Shown: positions 48,669-58,390 of the stretch, piece after piece
How the letters are laid out: each line of letters begins with the position of its first letter
How positions within the stretch are numbered: the first letter of the stretch is position 1
Origin: Thermodesulfobacteriota bacterium
GTDB lineage: Bacteria; Desulfobacterota; Desulfarculia; JACQYL01
Length of the DNA stretch: 64,000 nucleotides
Reading direction: 5' to 3'
Assembly: GCA_963675595.2 (NCBI GenBank)
Contig: CAXXLZ010000002.1
Coordinates: forward strand, 1,184,001-1,248,000
Notes under the pieces: model-generated
Database searches by the model: none
Told to the model about the DNA's origin: nothing
The model's input: the letters and a program-made list of their open reading frames with translations, nothing else
Made by a program: the position numbers and the translations under genes

Positions 48669-50120
48669 ATGATGAAGGATCGTCGAGTCAAGTGTGCGCT
48701 GTTCCTGGTCTTGTGCTTTTGCATCACGGGATTCTCACCTCGAGTGTCGGCGGACGAGAAACTGGTGCCTTCCCGAAAACTCCGGCTGAGCCTGGGCACG
48801 TCTTTTGTTCTTGAGGTCGAGAGGAAGACCAAAAGAATCAGTGTGGGCGATCCCGAAATCATGGACATCAGAGCCATCACCCCGAAACAGATATTGTTGA
48901 ACGCGAAAGCGTTGGGGTCCACGAATCTCATCGTTTGGTTCCTCAACGGCGGCACCCGCGTGTATGCCCTGGAGGTCACGCTCGATCATGATGAGATTCT
49001 GAGTAATCTGAAAAAACTGGCGCCCGACGCGGACATTTCATTGTACACATTGAACCAGGAACTGGTCGTGAGCGGTTTCGTGGACGATCAGGATACCTTG
49101 GATCGGCTTCTCACCGTACTAGGCGCCTACACGCCTCTTACTTCCGGCAAGCTGCGAAATCTCATCAAGCTCAGGGGACCGCAACAGGTGCAGTTGGAGG
49201 CGAGAATCGCGGAAGTCTCCACCAGCGGCATCAAACGGCTGGGGCTCGGATTTCTTTTGGACAGGAGCGTGTTCGGCGAACACATGAATCTGGGCCTGTT
49301 CACATCCGGGACGACAAGCGGAACCATGTCCGGAGTCTCTTCCGGCGGTGAATCGGCGTCCGCCCTTTCGCACACGTCCGAGCTCTACTCACCCTTTGCC
49401 GATGCGTTCATGCTTGCTTTGGGATTGCCGGACCAAGGCATTTTCTCCATCCTGAACATCCTGAAAAGCCAGGGGCTCGCGCGCATTTTGGCCAGGCCCA
49501 CCTTGGTGGCCATGAGCGGGCAGCCGGCGAGCTTTCTCGTGGGAGGTGAATTCCCCGTGCCGGTGACGCAGTCCGGCGGGGGCGACGCCATAACCACCGA
49601 TTTCAAGGAATTCGGTGTACTGCTCAATTTCATCCCCACGGTCATCGGTAAGGAGACCATCAGCTTACAGGTCTCCACCAGTGTGAGCGACATCGACTTC
49701 TCCACGGCGGTATCCACTTCCGGAGTCTCCGTACCCGGAGTCGTGCAAAGAGGAGCGAACACTTCCGTACAACTTAAGGACGGACAGACTCTTGCCATTG
49801 CCGGTCTCTTGAGGGAAAACCTGTCTTCTTCCCACTCCAAGTTCCCCTTTCTCGGCGATATTCCTCTGTTGGGCACGCTGTTCAGTCAAAAAGAGTACCG
49901 AAAGGAAGAGACGGAACTCATCATCCTGGTGACGCCACGTTTGGTGAAGCCGCTGAACCCGGAAGATTTGCCCGCGGAACCTGAAGGGATGGGGCAACCC
50001 TATCCGAGCGATCTTGAATTCTTTCTCCTGGGAAAAGTCGACGGCACCCATTTTCATGCCCACGGCGCGGCCGACCGAGAAGAGCCCGGTTTTGCCGGAC
50101 CGGTGGGGTTCGTCAGATGA
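48669..50120 (+). CDS. cpaC: Tad secretin CpaC/RcpA
   Basis: RISVGDPEI N-domain, BON-like region, QVQLEARIAEV, ASFLVGGEFPVP, PFLGDIPLLGTLF, ETELIILVTP. Confidence 0.93.
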   Translation: MMKDRRVKCALFLVLCFCITGFSPRVSADEKLVPSRKLRLSLGTSFVLEVERKTKRISVGDPEIMDIRAITPKQILLNAKALGSTNLIVWFLNGGTRVYALEVTLDHDEILSNLKKLAPDADISLYTLNQELVVSGFVDDQDTLDRLLTVLGAYTPLTSGKLRNLIKLRGPQQVQLEARIAEVSTSGIKRLGLGFLLDRSVFGEHMNLGLFTSGTTSGTMSGVSSGGESASALSHTSELYSPFADAFMLALGLPDQGIFSILNILKSQGLARILARPTLVAMSGQPASFLVGGEFPVPVTQSGGGDAITTDFKEFGVLLNFIPTVIGKETISLQVSTSVSDIDFSTAVSTSGVSVPGVVQRGANTSVQLKDGQTLAIAGLLRENLSSSHSKFPFLGDIPLLGTLFSQKEYRKEETELIILVTPRLVKPLNPEDLPAEPEGMGQPYPSDLEFFLLGKVDGTHFHAHGAADREEPGFAGPVGFVR

Positions 50121-50150
50121 TTCCTAACGGATTTCCCCAAAGCGAGGACG

Positions 50151-51389
50151 ATGATGCCTGAGAAGTTGCGGGGTCTGCTGGTCAGCGACAGAACCGCCCT
50201 TGCGGCGGATATGCGGGACGAGATTGCCTCCAGAGTCAACCTGGAAGTGATCTTTACATCGTCCAATGCGGCTTATCCTCTGATCAAGGAAAAGGCGCCC
50301 AAGCTCCTTTTCATTGATGCGGTCCGGAATCCCGAGTCGGCCATGAGCCTCGCCGCACGAGTAAGACGGTTCCTCCCAGGCACTCTGGTGTTCGCCCTGT
50401 GCGAATCCAGGGATCCGGACCTCATCCTGCGCTTCCTGCGCGCCGGCGTCAGCGACTACCTCGCCTATCCGCCGGAGGCCTCGCACGTACTCATCTCCAT
50501 AGACACGGCCCTTGACGCGGAACGACGCAAACGAAGAGAGGGAGAAGTTCTCGCGGTGTTCAGCTGCAAAGGCGGACAGGGTGTGACGACCACGGCGGTG
50601 AATCTCGCCGATCATGTTCGGACCCTGACCGACGCCAAGGTCCTCCTCGTGGACTTCAATTTCCGATCCGGCGACGTGGGGCTGCAACTGGGCGGGCATA
50701 CTACATACGGTTTCACACGATTTATCCACGACATCGACAGACTGGACGAGAATCTTCTCTTCTCTTCCACGGAGCTACATCCCAACGGATTCTACCTCAT
50801 GTCCGCGAAACCGGATATGCGAGCCGAGGACGGAATCGCTCTGGAGCAGATCAGCCAGGGGTTTCACATATTGAAGGAGTTTATGGACTTTACCATCGTG
50901 GATCTGGGCAGCGACTTCAACGAGAGAACCGCAACCGTGTTGGATGTGGCGGATCGAATCCTTTTGGTGGCCCAACAATCCGTGCCCGCCGTGCGCGGCA
51001 TCGGCCGCGTGCTGTCGCTTTTCAGAGAAGCGGGATACGGCGACGAAAAAGTGAAGATCGTGATCAATCGGTTCGAAGGAAACCACATCGTGGGTCTTAA
51101 GGAAATCGAACGGGCCCTGCAGCGGAACGTCTGCGCAACGGTGGCCAACGATTACGCGGCGGTGTCGGATGCCGTGACCCAAGGGGACCTCCTCACCAAA
51201 GCCCATGACTCTTCTCGCGCGAACGCGGACCTGCGCCTCCTCGCGAGGACGCTCACCGGCATCCCGGAGAACGGCCACCGCCCCGACTCCAAATGGAAAC
51301 GGTTGCTCAAACGTTTTCCGTCTTCTCTGGGCATCCCCGCACGAACCCGCAAAGAGCCGCAGCCTGAAACGCATGAGGACGCATCATGA
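50151..51389 (+). CDS. cpaE: CpaE/TadZ (receiver-like domain + MinD-like ATPase)
   Basis: KGGQGVTTTAVNLA deviant Walker A; VLLVDFN; IVINR. Confidence 0.88.
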   Translation: MMPEKLRGLLVSDRTALAADMRDEIASRVNLEVIFTSSNAAYPLIKEKAPKLLFIDAVRNPESAMSLAARVRRFLPGTLVFALCESRDPDLILRFLRAGVSDYLAYPPEASHVLISIDTALDAERRKRREGEVLAVFSCKGGQGVTTTAVNLADHVRTLTDAKVLLVDFNFRSGDVGLQLGGHTTYGFTRFIHDIDRLDENLLFSSTELHPNGFYLMSAKPDMRAEDGIALEQISQGFHILKEFMDFTIVDLGSDFNERTATVLDVADRILLVAQQSVPAVRGIGRVLSLFREAGYGDEKVKIVINRFEGNHIVGLKEIERALQRNVCATVANDYAAVSDAVTQGDLLTKAHDSSRANADLRLLARTLTGIPENGHRPDSKWKRLLKRFPSSLGIPARTRKEPQPETHEDAS

Positions 51390-52744
51390 GTCTGGTCGAG
51401 CGACTCAAAGGGGGGATCAATGAGGGCAAGCCGCCTGATTGCAAGCTTCCCGGCGGCCGCCCGGACATGTCCGCCTACTACAAGCTTAAGAATAAAGTCC
51501 ATTCGAGACTCGTCGAAACACTGGATTTGGGAAGCATACCGGACCTCCCCAAAGAGACTCTCGAGGACTCCATCGGGGAAGCCGTCACGGAAGTCGCAAT
51601 CAAGGAGGGATTCCCGCTCAACAAAAACGAACAAGACGCCCTGGTCTCCGACGTATTGAACGAAATACGCGGTCTGGGACCCATCGAGCCTTTGATCCGG
51701 GACGATACGGTTCAGGATATTCTGGTGAACACCTTCGAGCACGTGTACGTCGAAAGAGAGGGGGTCCTGGAACTCACACCGATCCGTTTCCGAGACAATG
51801 AGCACCTAATGCAGATCATTGATAAGATCGTGTCTTCCGTGGGTAGAAGAATCGATGAGTCGTCTCCCATGGTGGATGCCAGACTATGGGACGGCTCCCG
51901 CGTCAACGCGATTATTCAGCCGGTGGCTCTCGACGGACCCATACTCTCGATCAGAAGATTCGGCTACCGGCCTTTGAGAATCGAAGATTTGGTGCAAAGA
52001 CGAAGCATCCCGGCCGAGATTGTCGAGTACCTGCAAGCCGCCATCCGGGCGAAACTCAACATGCTCATTTCAGGAGGAACCGGAAGCGGCAAGACCACGT
52101 TGCTCAACATCCTTTCCGCTTTTATTCCGAGTTCCGAGCGCGTGGTAACCATCGAGGACAGCGCGGAACTCCAACTGCAGCAAGCCCACGTCGCCCGACT
52201 GGAATCCAGACCTCCCAACGTCGAGGGGAGAGGCGAAATCACTCTGAGAAGCCTGGTCCGCAACAGCCTGAGAATGCGTCCCGATCGAATCATCGTGGGC
52301 GAGGTGAGGGGCGCCGAAGCCCTGGACATGCTCCAGGCCATGAATACCGGACACCAGGGTTCCATGAGCACCATTCACGCCAACACTCCTCGCGACGCCC
52401 TGTCCAGGCTGGAGATCATGGTGCGCATGGGCGCCCTGCAAATCTCCGAAGGAGCCCTGCGAAGCCTCATGGCGAGCGCGGTGAACATCGTCGTTCACTT
52501 GGAACGTCTGTCCGACGGCAAAAGAAGACTCCTTTCCGTGTCCGAAGTCGTGGGAATGGAGGGTGAGGTCATCGCCATGCAGGAGGTGTTCGTCTTTGAA
52601 CGGCGGGGCGTTTCCTCCTCCGGCCGCATACGGGGTGAGTTCAAAGCCACGGGTGCGCCTTCCATTTACGTCGAGCATATGAAGCAATACGGAATAACGA
52701 TCGACCCCGCAGTGTTCAAACTGCAAAAGCCTGTGGGGGATTAG
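51386..52744 (+). CDS. cpaF: Tad assembly ATPase CpaF/TadA
   Basis: GGTGSGKTT, TIEDSAEL, LRMRPDRIIVGEVRG, AMNTGH. Confidence 0.95.
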   Translation: MSLVERLKGGINEGKPPDCKLPGGRPDMSAYYKLKNKVHSRLVETLDLGSIPDLPKETLEDSIGEAVTEVAIKEGFPLNKNEQDALVSDVLNEIRGLGPIEPLIRDDTVQDILVNTFEHVYVEREGVLELTPIRFRDNEHLMQIIDKIVSSVGRRIDESSPMVDARLWDGSRVNAIIQPVALDGPILSIRRFGYRPLRIEDLVQRRSIPAEIVEYLQAAIRAKLNMLISGGTGSGKTTLLNILSAFIPSSERVVTIEDSAELQLQQAHVARLESRPPNVEGRGEITLRSLVRNSLRMRPDRIIVGEVRGAEALDMLQAMNTGHQGSMSTIHANTPRDALSRLEIMVRMGALQISEGALRSLMASAVNIVVHLERLSDGKRRLLSVSEVVGMEGEVIAMQEVFVFERRGVSSSGRIRGEFKATGAPSIYVEHMKQYGITIDPAVFKLQKPVGD

Positions 52745-52747
52745 AGC

Positions 52748-53707
52748 ATGCAATCAGTGGTGTTCATTCTGGTGTTTGCTTCGGTGCTGCTTTCGTTCGT
52801 GGGATTGTATCTTCTTTGGACAAACCGGCGCACCGTTTCCAAAGACTTCGTACTGGAACGAATGGTTCCGCGCGAAACGGGGGATGCCCTGGCGTCGGAG
52901 CAGCGTACGGCCCGCTTGAGAAACGCGGGTTGGGTGGAAACCGTGTGCGCCCCTTTCATCAGGCTCGATCTCCTGGCCCCCCTGCTCTCTTCCATCGGGA
53001 TTCCCTGTTCGGCCGCAACCTTTCTGTGGATTGTCCTCCTCTCCGGTGGGCTCCCATTCGCGCTGTGCCTCGCGGCCTCGGGTTCCCTAAGCGTGGGTTT
53101 TATCGCGGCCTCTATCGGCCTTTCCGTGCCCTTCGCCTACTTGACGTACCGAAGAAAGAGAACGGAGAGGAAGCTGGTGGAGCAATTTCCCGATGCCCTC
53201 GAATTTACCGTTCGCGCTCTTCGCGCCGGTCAGTCTTTGGACAAGGCCCTGCAGGGCCTCGCATCCAACCTCACGGAACCCATGTCCGGTCAAATCCGCT
53301 TCATTTACGATGAAATGTCCCTGGGACTTCCCTTCGCCGAAGCCTTCAGAAGGTTCGAATCGCGATTTCCCAAGGTAGCCGAAGTGAAGATATTCTGTAC
53401 CGCTCTGATCGTACACAGAGAAACCGGAGGAAATCTTGTCCGCATCCTCGAAGTATTGAGCGACAACATCAGGCAACGCATGCGACTGGACTCCCAGATA
53501 AAAGCGACAACAGCCGAAGTCAGGATCACGGGCATTATTTTGGGGCTGCTTCCCTTCGCCCTGCTGGGAGTCTTCTACCTTCTGAATCCCGAGTATATTC
53601 GGGTGCTGTTCATCCATCCGGTGGGACGGAAACTGCTCCTCTCCGCCGCGGGTCTCGAACTTATCGGTTTTTCGGTCATGCGTGCCATGACCAGGGTGGA
53701 GATGTGA
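52748..53707 (+). CDS. tadB: TadB inner-membrane platform protein
   Basis: QFPDALE..RALRAGQS, RETGGNL. Confidence 0.9.
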   Translation: MQSVVFILVFASVLLSFVGLYLLWTNRRTVSKDFVLERMVPRETGDALASEQRTARLRNAGWVETVCAPFIRLDLLAPLLSSIGIPCSAATFLWIVLLSGGLPFALCLAASGSLSVGFIAASIGLSVPFAYLTYRRKRTERKLVEQFPDALEFTVRALRAGQSLDKALQGLASNLTEPMSGQIRFIYDEMSLGLPFAEAFRRFESRFPKVAEVKIFCTALIVHRETGGNLVRILEVLSDNIRQRMRLDSQIKATTAEVRITGIILGLLPFALLGVFYLLNPEYIRVLFIHPVGRKLLLSAAGLELIGFSVMRAMTRVEM

Positions 53708-53710
53708 CCA

Positions 53711-54622
53711 ATGGATCGGCTTCTCCCTGCCGCCGCCTTTGTCGCCGTACTGGCGTTGTGTATGTCGGCGGTGTCGGCATACGAAAAACGAAAAAGAAGA
53801 GAGCAGTTGCTGCAACGTCTTTCCGTATCTTCGGACACGCAGGAATCCGGCTTAAAAGAACAGCTTCTGGAGTTCCTCGGGTCCATGGGACGTTTTGGTG
53901 TGCCCAAAAAAGAGGAGGAAGCCCTGCGGATTCGCAAGGACCTTCTCCACGCCGGTTTTCACGGCGAAGACATTCTTCTTCAATATTACGGTGCTCGTTT
54001 GTCCCTCGGCTTGGCATTCGCGATTCTGTTTCCCCTGTTCCTCGCGATGGTAGGCAAGTCCGTGTCACAGAACCTTTTCTACATTCCTTTCGCCCTGACT
54101 TTGGGCTACTACCTGCCCCCCTTGTTCGTCGCGAGAGCGAAGAAGATACGCGGACGAAGGATATTCCGTGAGCTCCCGGACACCATTGATTTGCTGGTCA
54201 TCGGTCTGGAAGCCGGTTTGAGCCTGGATGCCGCACTGTACCGGGTAAGCAGGGAAATGAAGAACATGGCGCCCACCGTGAGCAAGGAGTTTGGAAGGTA
54301 CTTCTTTGAAACACAGGGAGGAATTCCGAGAAATGAGGCGCTTTCCAACATCAAGAAGCGTTCTTCCGAAGAAGGACTCCGTTCCTTGGTGGACGTCTTG
54401 CTGCAGTCCGTCAAATTCGGAACGGACATGAGTGCCGCTTTGAGAGCATATGCGGAATCCATGCGTTTTCAACGAGTCGTTTTAGCGCAGGAGAAAGCGG
54501 CGAAGATAGCGCCCAAGCTCACCATACCCATGATCCTCTTCATCTTGCCGGCCCTTGTCATCGTCATCCTGGGTCCGGGGGCCATCCGCCTTCTGGAACG
54601 GCTGTCCGGGAGCTTCTTCTGA
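53711..54622 (+). CDS. tadC: TadC inner-membrane platform protein
   Basis: ELPDTIDLLVIGLEAGLSLDAA, QSVKFGT, KLTIPMILFILPAL..ILGP. Confidence 0.9.
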   Translation: MDRLLPAAAFVAVLALCMSAVSAYEKRKRREQLLQRLSVSSDTQESGLKEQLLEFLGSMGRFGVPKKEEEALRIRKDLLHAGFHGEDILLQYYGARLSLGLAFAILFPLFLAMVGKSVSQNLFYIPFALTLGYYLPPLFVARAKKIRGRRIFRELPDTIDLLVIGLEAGLSLDAALYRVSREMKNMAPTVSKEFGRYFFETQGGIPRNEALSNIKKRSSEEGLRSLVDVLLQSVKFGTDMSAALRAYAESMRFQRVVLAQEKAAKIAPKLTIPMILFILPALVIVILGPGAIRLLERLSGSFF

Positions 54623-55449
54623 TGGAATCTCAACGCTTGGCGACAACATCAAGAACCACCACCCGGGTTCGATTCCTTCTTGTTTCTATTTGTTTGGTTT
54701 GCTTGGTGCTTACCACGGGATGCCGGTCCCATCTGGAAAATACTCGGGGAGAATCAACGGAGGAGCTCAAAAAGGAGGCCCTGGAAAGGAAACAGGCTCT
54801 CGATGAGCTGGATTCCAAATGGCGGACCGAAGAACCGGACCACGTGGCCCTGGCTCGCATCATGGTGGACCGCAAGCTGTACGATGTTGCGTTGCGCCTT
54901 CTCCGGGAATCCGATGCACCGGACAGTGCGGAACGCTTTTACCTGGAAGGTGTGTGTCATCGGGAAAAGAGCCGTTATGAAACGGCGATTCTTCAATTCA
55001 AGAAAGCAATCGAGTTGTCCCCGCGTTACTCACAGGCCTACGAGGGAATCGCTCTTACGCACGACCTCATGGGACAGAGGGAAAGCGCACACGAGTACTA
55101 TGCAAAGGCCATCGAGGAGAATCCTTCCAGCTCTCGATTCTACAACAACTTCGGTGTGTCGTTGCTGGTGGCCGGCCGATACGAGGAAGCGGCGGAGCGC
55201 TTGGAGACCTGCGTACGGCTGGATCCGGAGTCTCTCCGCGCCTTCAACAACCTTGGCCTGGCCTACGGGCTGGCGGGCAGGGAGGAAGACGCCCTTAAAG
55301 CCTTCTTGAAGGCCGGAGATACGGAACATGCTTACAGGAACATGGCCTTCATGTACCGGGTCCGAGGAAACAAAGAAAAGAGTCGAGAAATGGTCCATAA
55401 GGCCCTGGAGCCGAAAGACATCAAGGATGAAGGTGCCAAGAAACCCTGA
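54622..55449 (+). CDS. tadD: TPR lipoprotein, TadD-like pilotin
   Basis: Lipobox LTTGC; multiple TPRs (YNNFG, FNNLGLAYG); position after tadC. Confidence 0.8.
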   Translation: MESQRLATTSRTTTRVRFLLVSICLVCLVLTTGCRSHLENTRGESTEELKKEALERKQALDELDSKWRTEEPDHVALARIMVDRKLYDVALRLLRESDAPDSAERFYLEGVCHREKSRYETAILQFKKAIELSPRYSQAYEGIALTHDLMGQRESAHEYYAKAIEENPSSSRFYNNFGVSLLVAGRYEEAAERLETCVRLDPESLRAFNNLGLAYGLAGREEDALKAFLKAGDTEHAYRNMAFMYRVRGNKEKSREMVHKALEPKDIKDEGAKKP

Positions 55450-55519
55450 ACCCGGCAGGCCTTTTCCGGCGGACTGAACCAGGGGTTCCGGCATCCCCTG
55501 CCCTGAGTCGGATACGGTA

Positions 55520-57037
55520 ATGACAAAGCGAGGAAAAGACATGGGACCCGCCGACGACCAAAAGCACCACCGGCGCACGTCCTGGACGGGAAACGAACAA
55601 GGTTCCGTGGTCCTCGTGGTGGCTGCGGGCATGCTGGTCATTCTCGGATTCCTGGCCCTCGTCCTGGACGGCGGCTACCTCTACGCAACGAGGAACAAAT
55701 ACCAAAACGCCGTCGAGGCCGCGGCAATGGCGGGCGCCATCCATTTGTGCGGGTCCGATCCCGAACTCACGGCTCGGGAAATCGCTCGGGAGAACGACGT
55801 CCCTTATTCCGAGGAGGAAGGTCTCGTTGTCGTTTTCGGTTTCTATGACGAGCACGACGACTACGGGGACTTCCCGGAATACAAGGACTTCGTTGAAGAC
55901 CCGTTTCCCGAAACGAGCAGAAACGAGGCGGTGCGCACCGGCGGCACCGATCCCGAGTATAACAACGCCGTGCTGGTTTCCCTGAACGGAAGCGTTGACA
56001 CCGCCCTGGCCGGCGTATTGGGATACCATGTGGTGCAGGTTTCCGCGGCCGCGGTGGCCTATCTGGAAAGGTACCTCATGGTCTCTTTGGAGGAGGACGG
56101 CGAAGGAATCACCACCGCTTCGAAATCCTGGGATTGGACCGACGGAGGAGGCAACAGCAACCATAACCAGCCTGAATTCCGCAACGGCAATCTTTACAGC
56201 AACGGAGACATTACCTTTTTCACGGGCACCACCTGCACCGGCCCGACCTTTGTCGATTCCAAGGCCTATGCGCATGGAACCGTGAGTCCGGAAGAACTCG
56301 GGACCAACCAGGCTTCGCTGCTGACTCCTCCCGGGACTGATTGGGAGGCCCTGCGGGAAGCGGCGGAAACCCACGGCAAGGTCATCGACTCGCTCTTCTT
56401 CCAGACTCTTCCTCAATACAACAAAGCCCTACGCAAAGGCGTGGATCGCTACGGAAACTGCTACCGATGCAATACGGACGGGTCAAACCCCTATTTCACC
56501 CCGCGTCCGGGCAATCACGACGGCAGAACCTATTACGTGAGTGAAGACGTGGGAGATTCCCTCTGGATCGGCGACGTTCAGTGCAGCGAACTGTACTCCG
56601 AAGAATACGACGTAACCAACCTTACCCTGGCGTTCGAATCGGACCACCTGGGATTCAATCACGACACTCCCGTCATCACGTGGGGAGGCGAGGAAGCGGA
56701 CGAAACGGTTCGGTTTTACGGGAGGGATTTGATGATGGGAGCCGTCTCCGATTACGAATACGCCAGTGACAGCGGCAATCTATTGGAGGGCGTGGTTTTC
56801 AATGCTGAAAGGGACTTCGGATACCGGCCCGCCGGCGGCGGCTTCGGGGATGCGGAGGATTTGCCCCCGGAGATTCGGAAGCTTCGGGTCTTTGCGGGGG
56901 AACGCATCATCATCGGAGGGTACGAAGGATACATAGCGCATCAGGACCGATACCCGGTCGGCTTTGACGCCAATTTCGGCCCGCCTTGCCCACCCTCCAT
57001 GGTGCGCCTGGGGATGCTCGAACACACAGACGACTGA
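55520..57037 (+). CDS. tadG: TadG-like pilin with a large C-terminal putative adhesin domain
   Basis: EQG|SVVLVVA..LALVLDGG..QNAVEAAAMAGA; unrecognised acidic, Cys-containing C-terminal region. Confidence 0.82.
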   Translation: MTKRGKDMGPADDQKHHRRTSWTGNEQGSVVLVVAAGMLVILGFLALVLDGGYLYATRNKYQNAVEAAAMAGAIHLCGSDPELTAREIARENDVPYSEEEGLVVVFGFYDEHDDYGDFPEYKDFVEDPFPETSRNEAVRTGGTDPEYNNAVLVSLNGSVDTALAGVLGYHVVQVSAAAVAYLERYLMVSLEEDGEGITTASKSWDWTDGGGNSNHNQPEFRNGNLYSNGDITFFTGTTCTGPTFVDSKAYAHGTVSPEELGTNQASLLTPPGTDWEALREAAETHGKVIDSLFFQTLPQYNKALRKGVDRYGNCYRCNTDGSNPYFTPRPGNHDGRTYYVSEDVGDSLWIGDVQCSELYSEEYDVTNLTLAFESDHLGFNHDTPVITWGGEEADETVRFYGRDLMMGAVSDYEYASDSGNLLEGVVFNAERDFGYRPAGGGFGDAEDLPPEIRKLRVFAGERIIIGGYEGYIAHQDRYPVGFDANFGPPCPPSMVRLGMLEHTDD

Positions 57038-57159
57038 GGACCGCGTTCGGAAGTTCCCCAGTCTATGACTGCGGAATATGATGCATTGACGTCTGATGCG
57101 CAACACTCTCGCCATGCGGCCGGCCCACATCAATGCCTGAAATGAAGGGAGAATGTCCC

Positions 57160-57507
57160 GTGAAGAGACTCGAGAACCGTGAAAGGAAGTCTGTTCGACG
57201 CAGGACCATGAGGACGCCTTGGCGCTGTTTGCTCCTGTGCGTGGGCCTCACCGCCTGCGCCTGTTCCGCGACGCCGGAACGCGCCGCCATGGAAACCAAC
57301 GCGGCCTTTCGAGGCTATTTCGAGGCTTCCTTCACCGCTCAGGTGATCAACCGGAATGCTCCGGCCGATGCAACACCGGTGGAAGGCTATCCCGGTGAGA
57401 TCGCGGCAAAGGCCTATCAGGACTTCAAGGATGGCTTCGGGGAAGCGAGTTTCGAAGAGCAGGTGGGACAAATGCAACTGGGAGATGAGGCTTTCGCCGA
57501 CAAATAG
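57160..57507 (+). CDS. small Tad-associated lipoprotein
   Basis: Lipobox LTAC/AC; AQVINRNAP..PVEG.PG..A..AYQ; start 57160 or 57208. Confidence 0.7.
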   Translation: MKRLENRERKSVRRRTMRTPWRCLLLCVGLTACACSATPERAAMETNAAFRGYFEASFTAQVINRNAPADATPVEGYPGEIAAKAYQDFKDGFGEASFEEQVGQMQLGDEAFADK

Positions 57508-57569
57508 CGCCGAGTGCCGGCGCCCGACCCCATCGGCACGGATTTCCCGGAACCACCCGAGCATCTCCT

Positions 57570-57657
57570 GCCGGGGGGCCAACGGCTCCCCGGACCCCCG
57601 TTGCGGTTCTGCGAATCGCGTACGCGATTCGAAAAGCGAGCAGCATATGACCGTCCA
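57570..57657 (-). repeat. dispersed palindromic intergenic repeat, copy 3 (inverted)
   Basis: Reverse complement GGACGGTCATATGCTGCTCGCTTTTCGAATCGCGTACGCGATTCGCAGAACCGCAACGGGGG matches copies 1 and 2. Confidence 0.8.
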
Positions 57658-57894
57658 AGGTAGTAGAATGCTCAAGATTTTGGGAGAGCGCCCGAGCCCC
57701 TCACCGTCCTTCCCCTCGGGGTCCACCCGGCCGTTCTTCCAGCTTCAACCACCCATGAACAACCGTCGGTTGAAAGAACGGCCAAGATTCCGCTATTTAA
57801 AGTGGGACTCCCCGGCCTGTGCCTTTTCGTAACCTTCGCACCGTCTTTTCCGCGGTGGATCCGAGTCTTCTGTTTGCCTCGGCCCGAGAAGCAT

Positions 57895-58314
57895 TTAGGT
57901 GGTCAGGGTCTTGCCGATGACCTCTTCGTTGTCGACTCCAATGGACGAGTGCCAAAGGACGATCTTCCAGCCGTCGGGCTCTTTCTCAAACACCACGGTC
58001 AAACGGATCTGCAATTCCGTTCCGTCCGGCAGCTTGAGCACGGGTCTGCCGGCCACCCAGCCCATTGAGCCCTCTTGGAATGCCAGGGGATCGTCGGCCA
58101 CCACCTGAAAACCGCTCACTTCCTTGAGTTGGGCCGTGAATACCTCGGTGACGGCATCATATCCGAGCCACCACTCGTCGGGGTCGGTGCCGATGGCCAA
58201 CAAGCCGTCCTTCCCTGAGAAGCGGCGAAGGAAAAACTCATGGTCGCCGTTGGTCTGGGCATCGCAGAGCTTCCGATACAGTTCCTTCAATTCGGCTGAT
58301 TCCTGCATCATCAA
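57895..58314 (-). CDS. SnoaL-like/NTF2-fold protein
   Basis: IGTDPDEWW.G, RLTVVFEKEPDGWKIVLWHSS. Confidence 0.85.
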   Translation of the reverse strand: MMMQESAELKELYRKLCDAQTNGDHEFFLRRFSGKDGLLAIGTDPDEWWLGYDAVTEVFTAQLKEVSGFQVVADDPLAFQEGSMGWVAGRPVLKLPDGTELQIRLTVVFEKEPDGWKIVLWHSSIGVDNEEVIGKTLTT

Positions 58315-58390
58315 TCCTTTCCGGGTCGGATCGGTTGTCCGGGCATGGGTTGTCCCGTTTCAGGCGCCATCCGCAAAGCCGAAGCATCGG

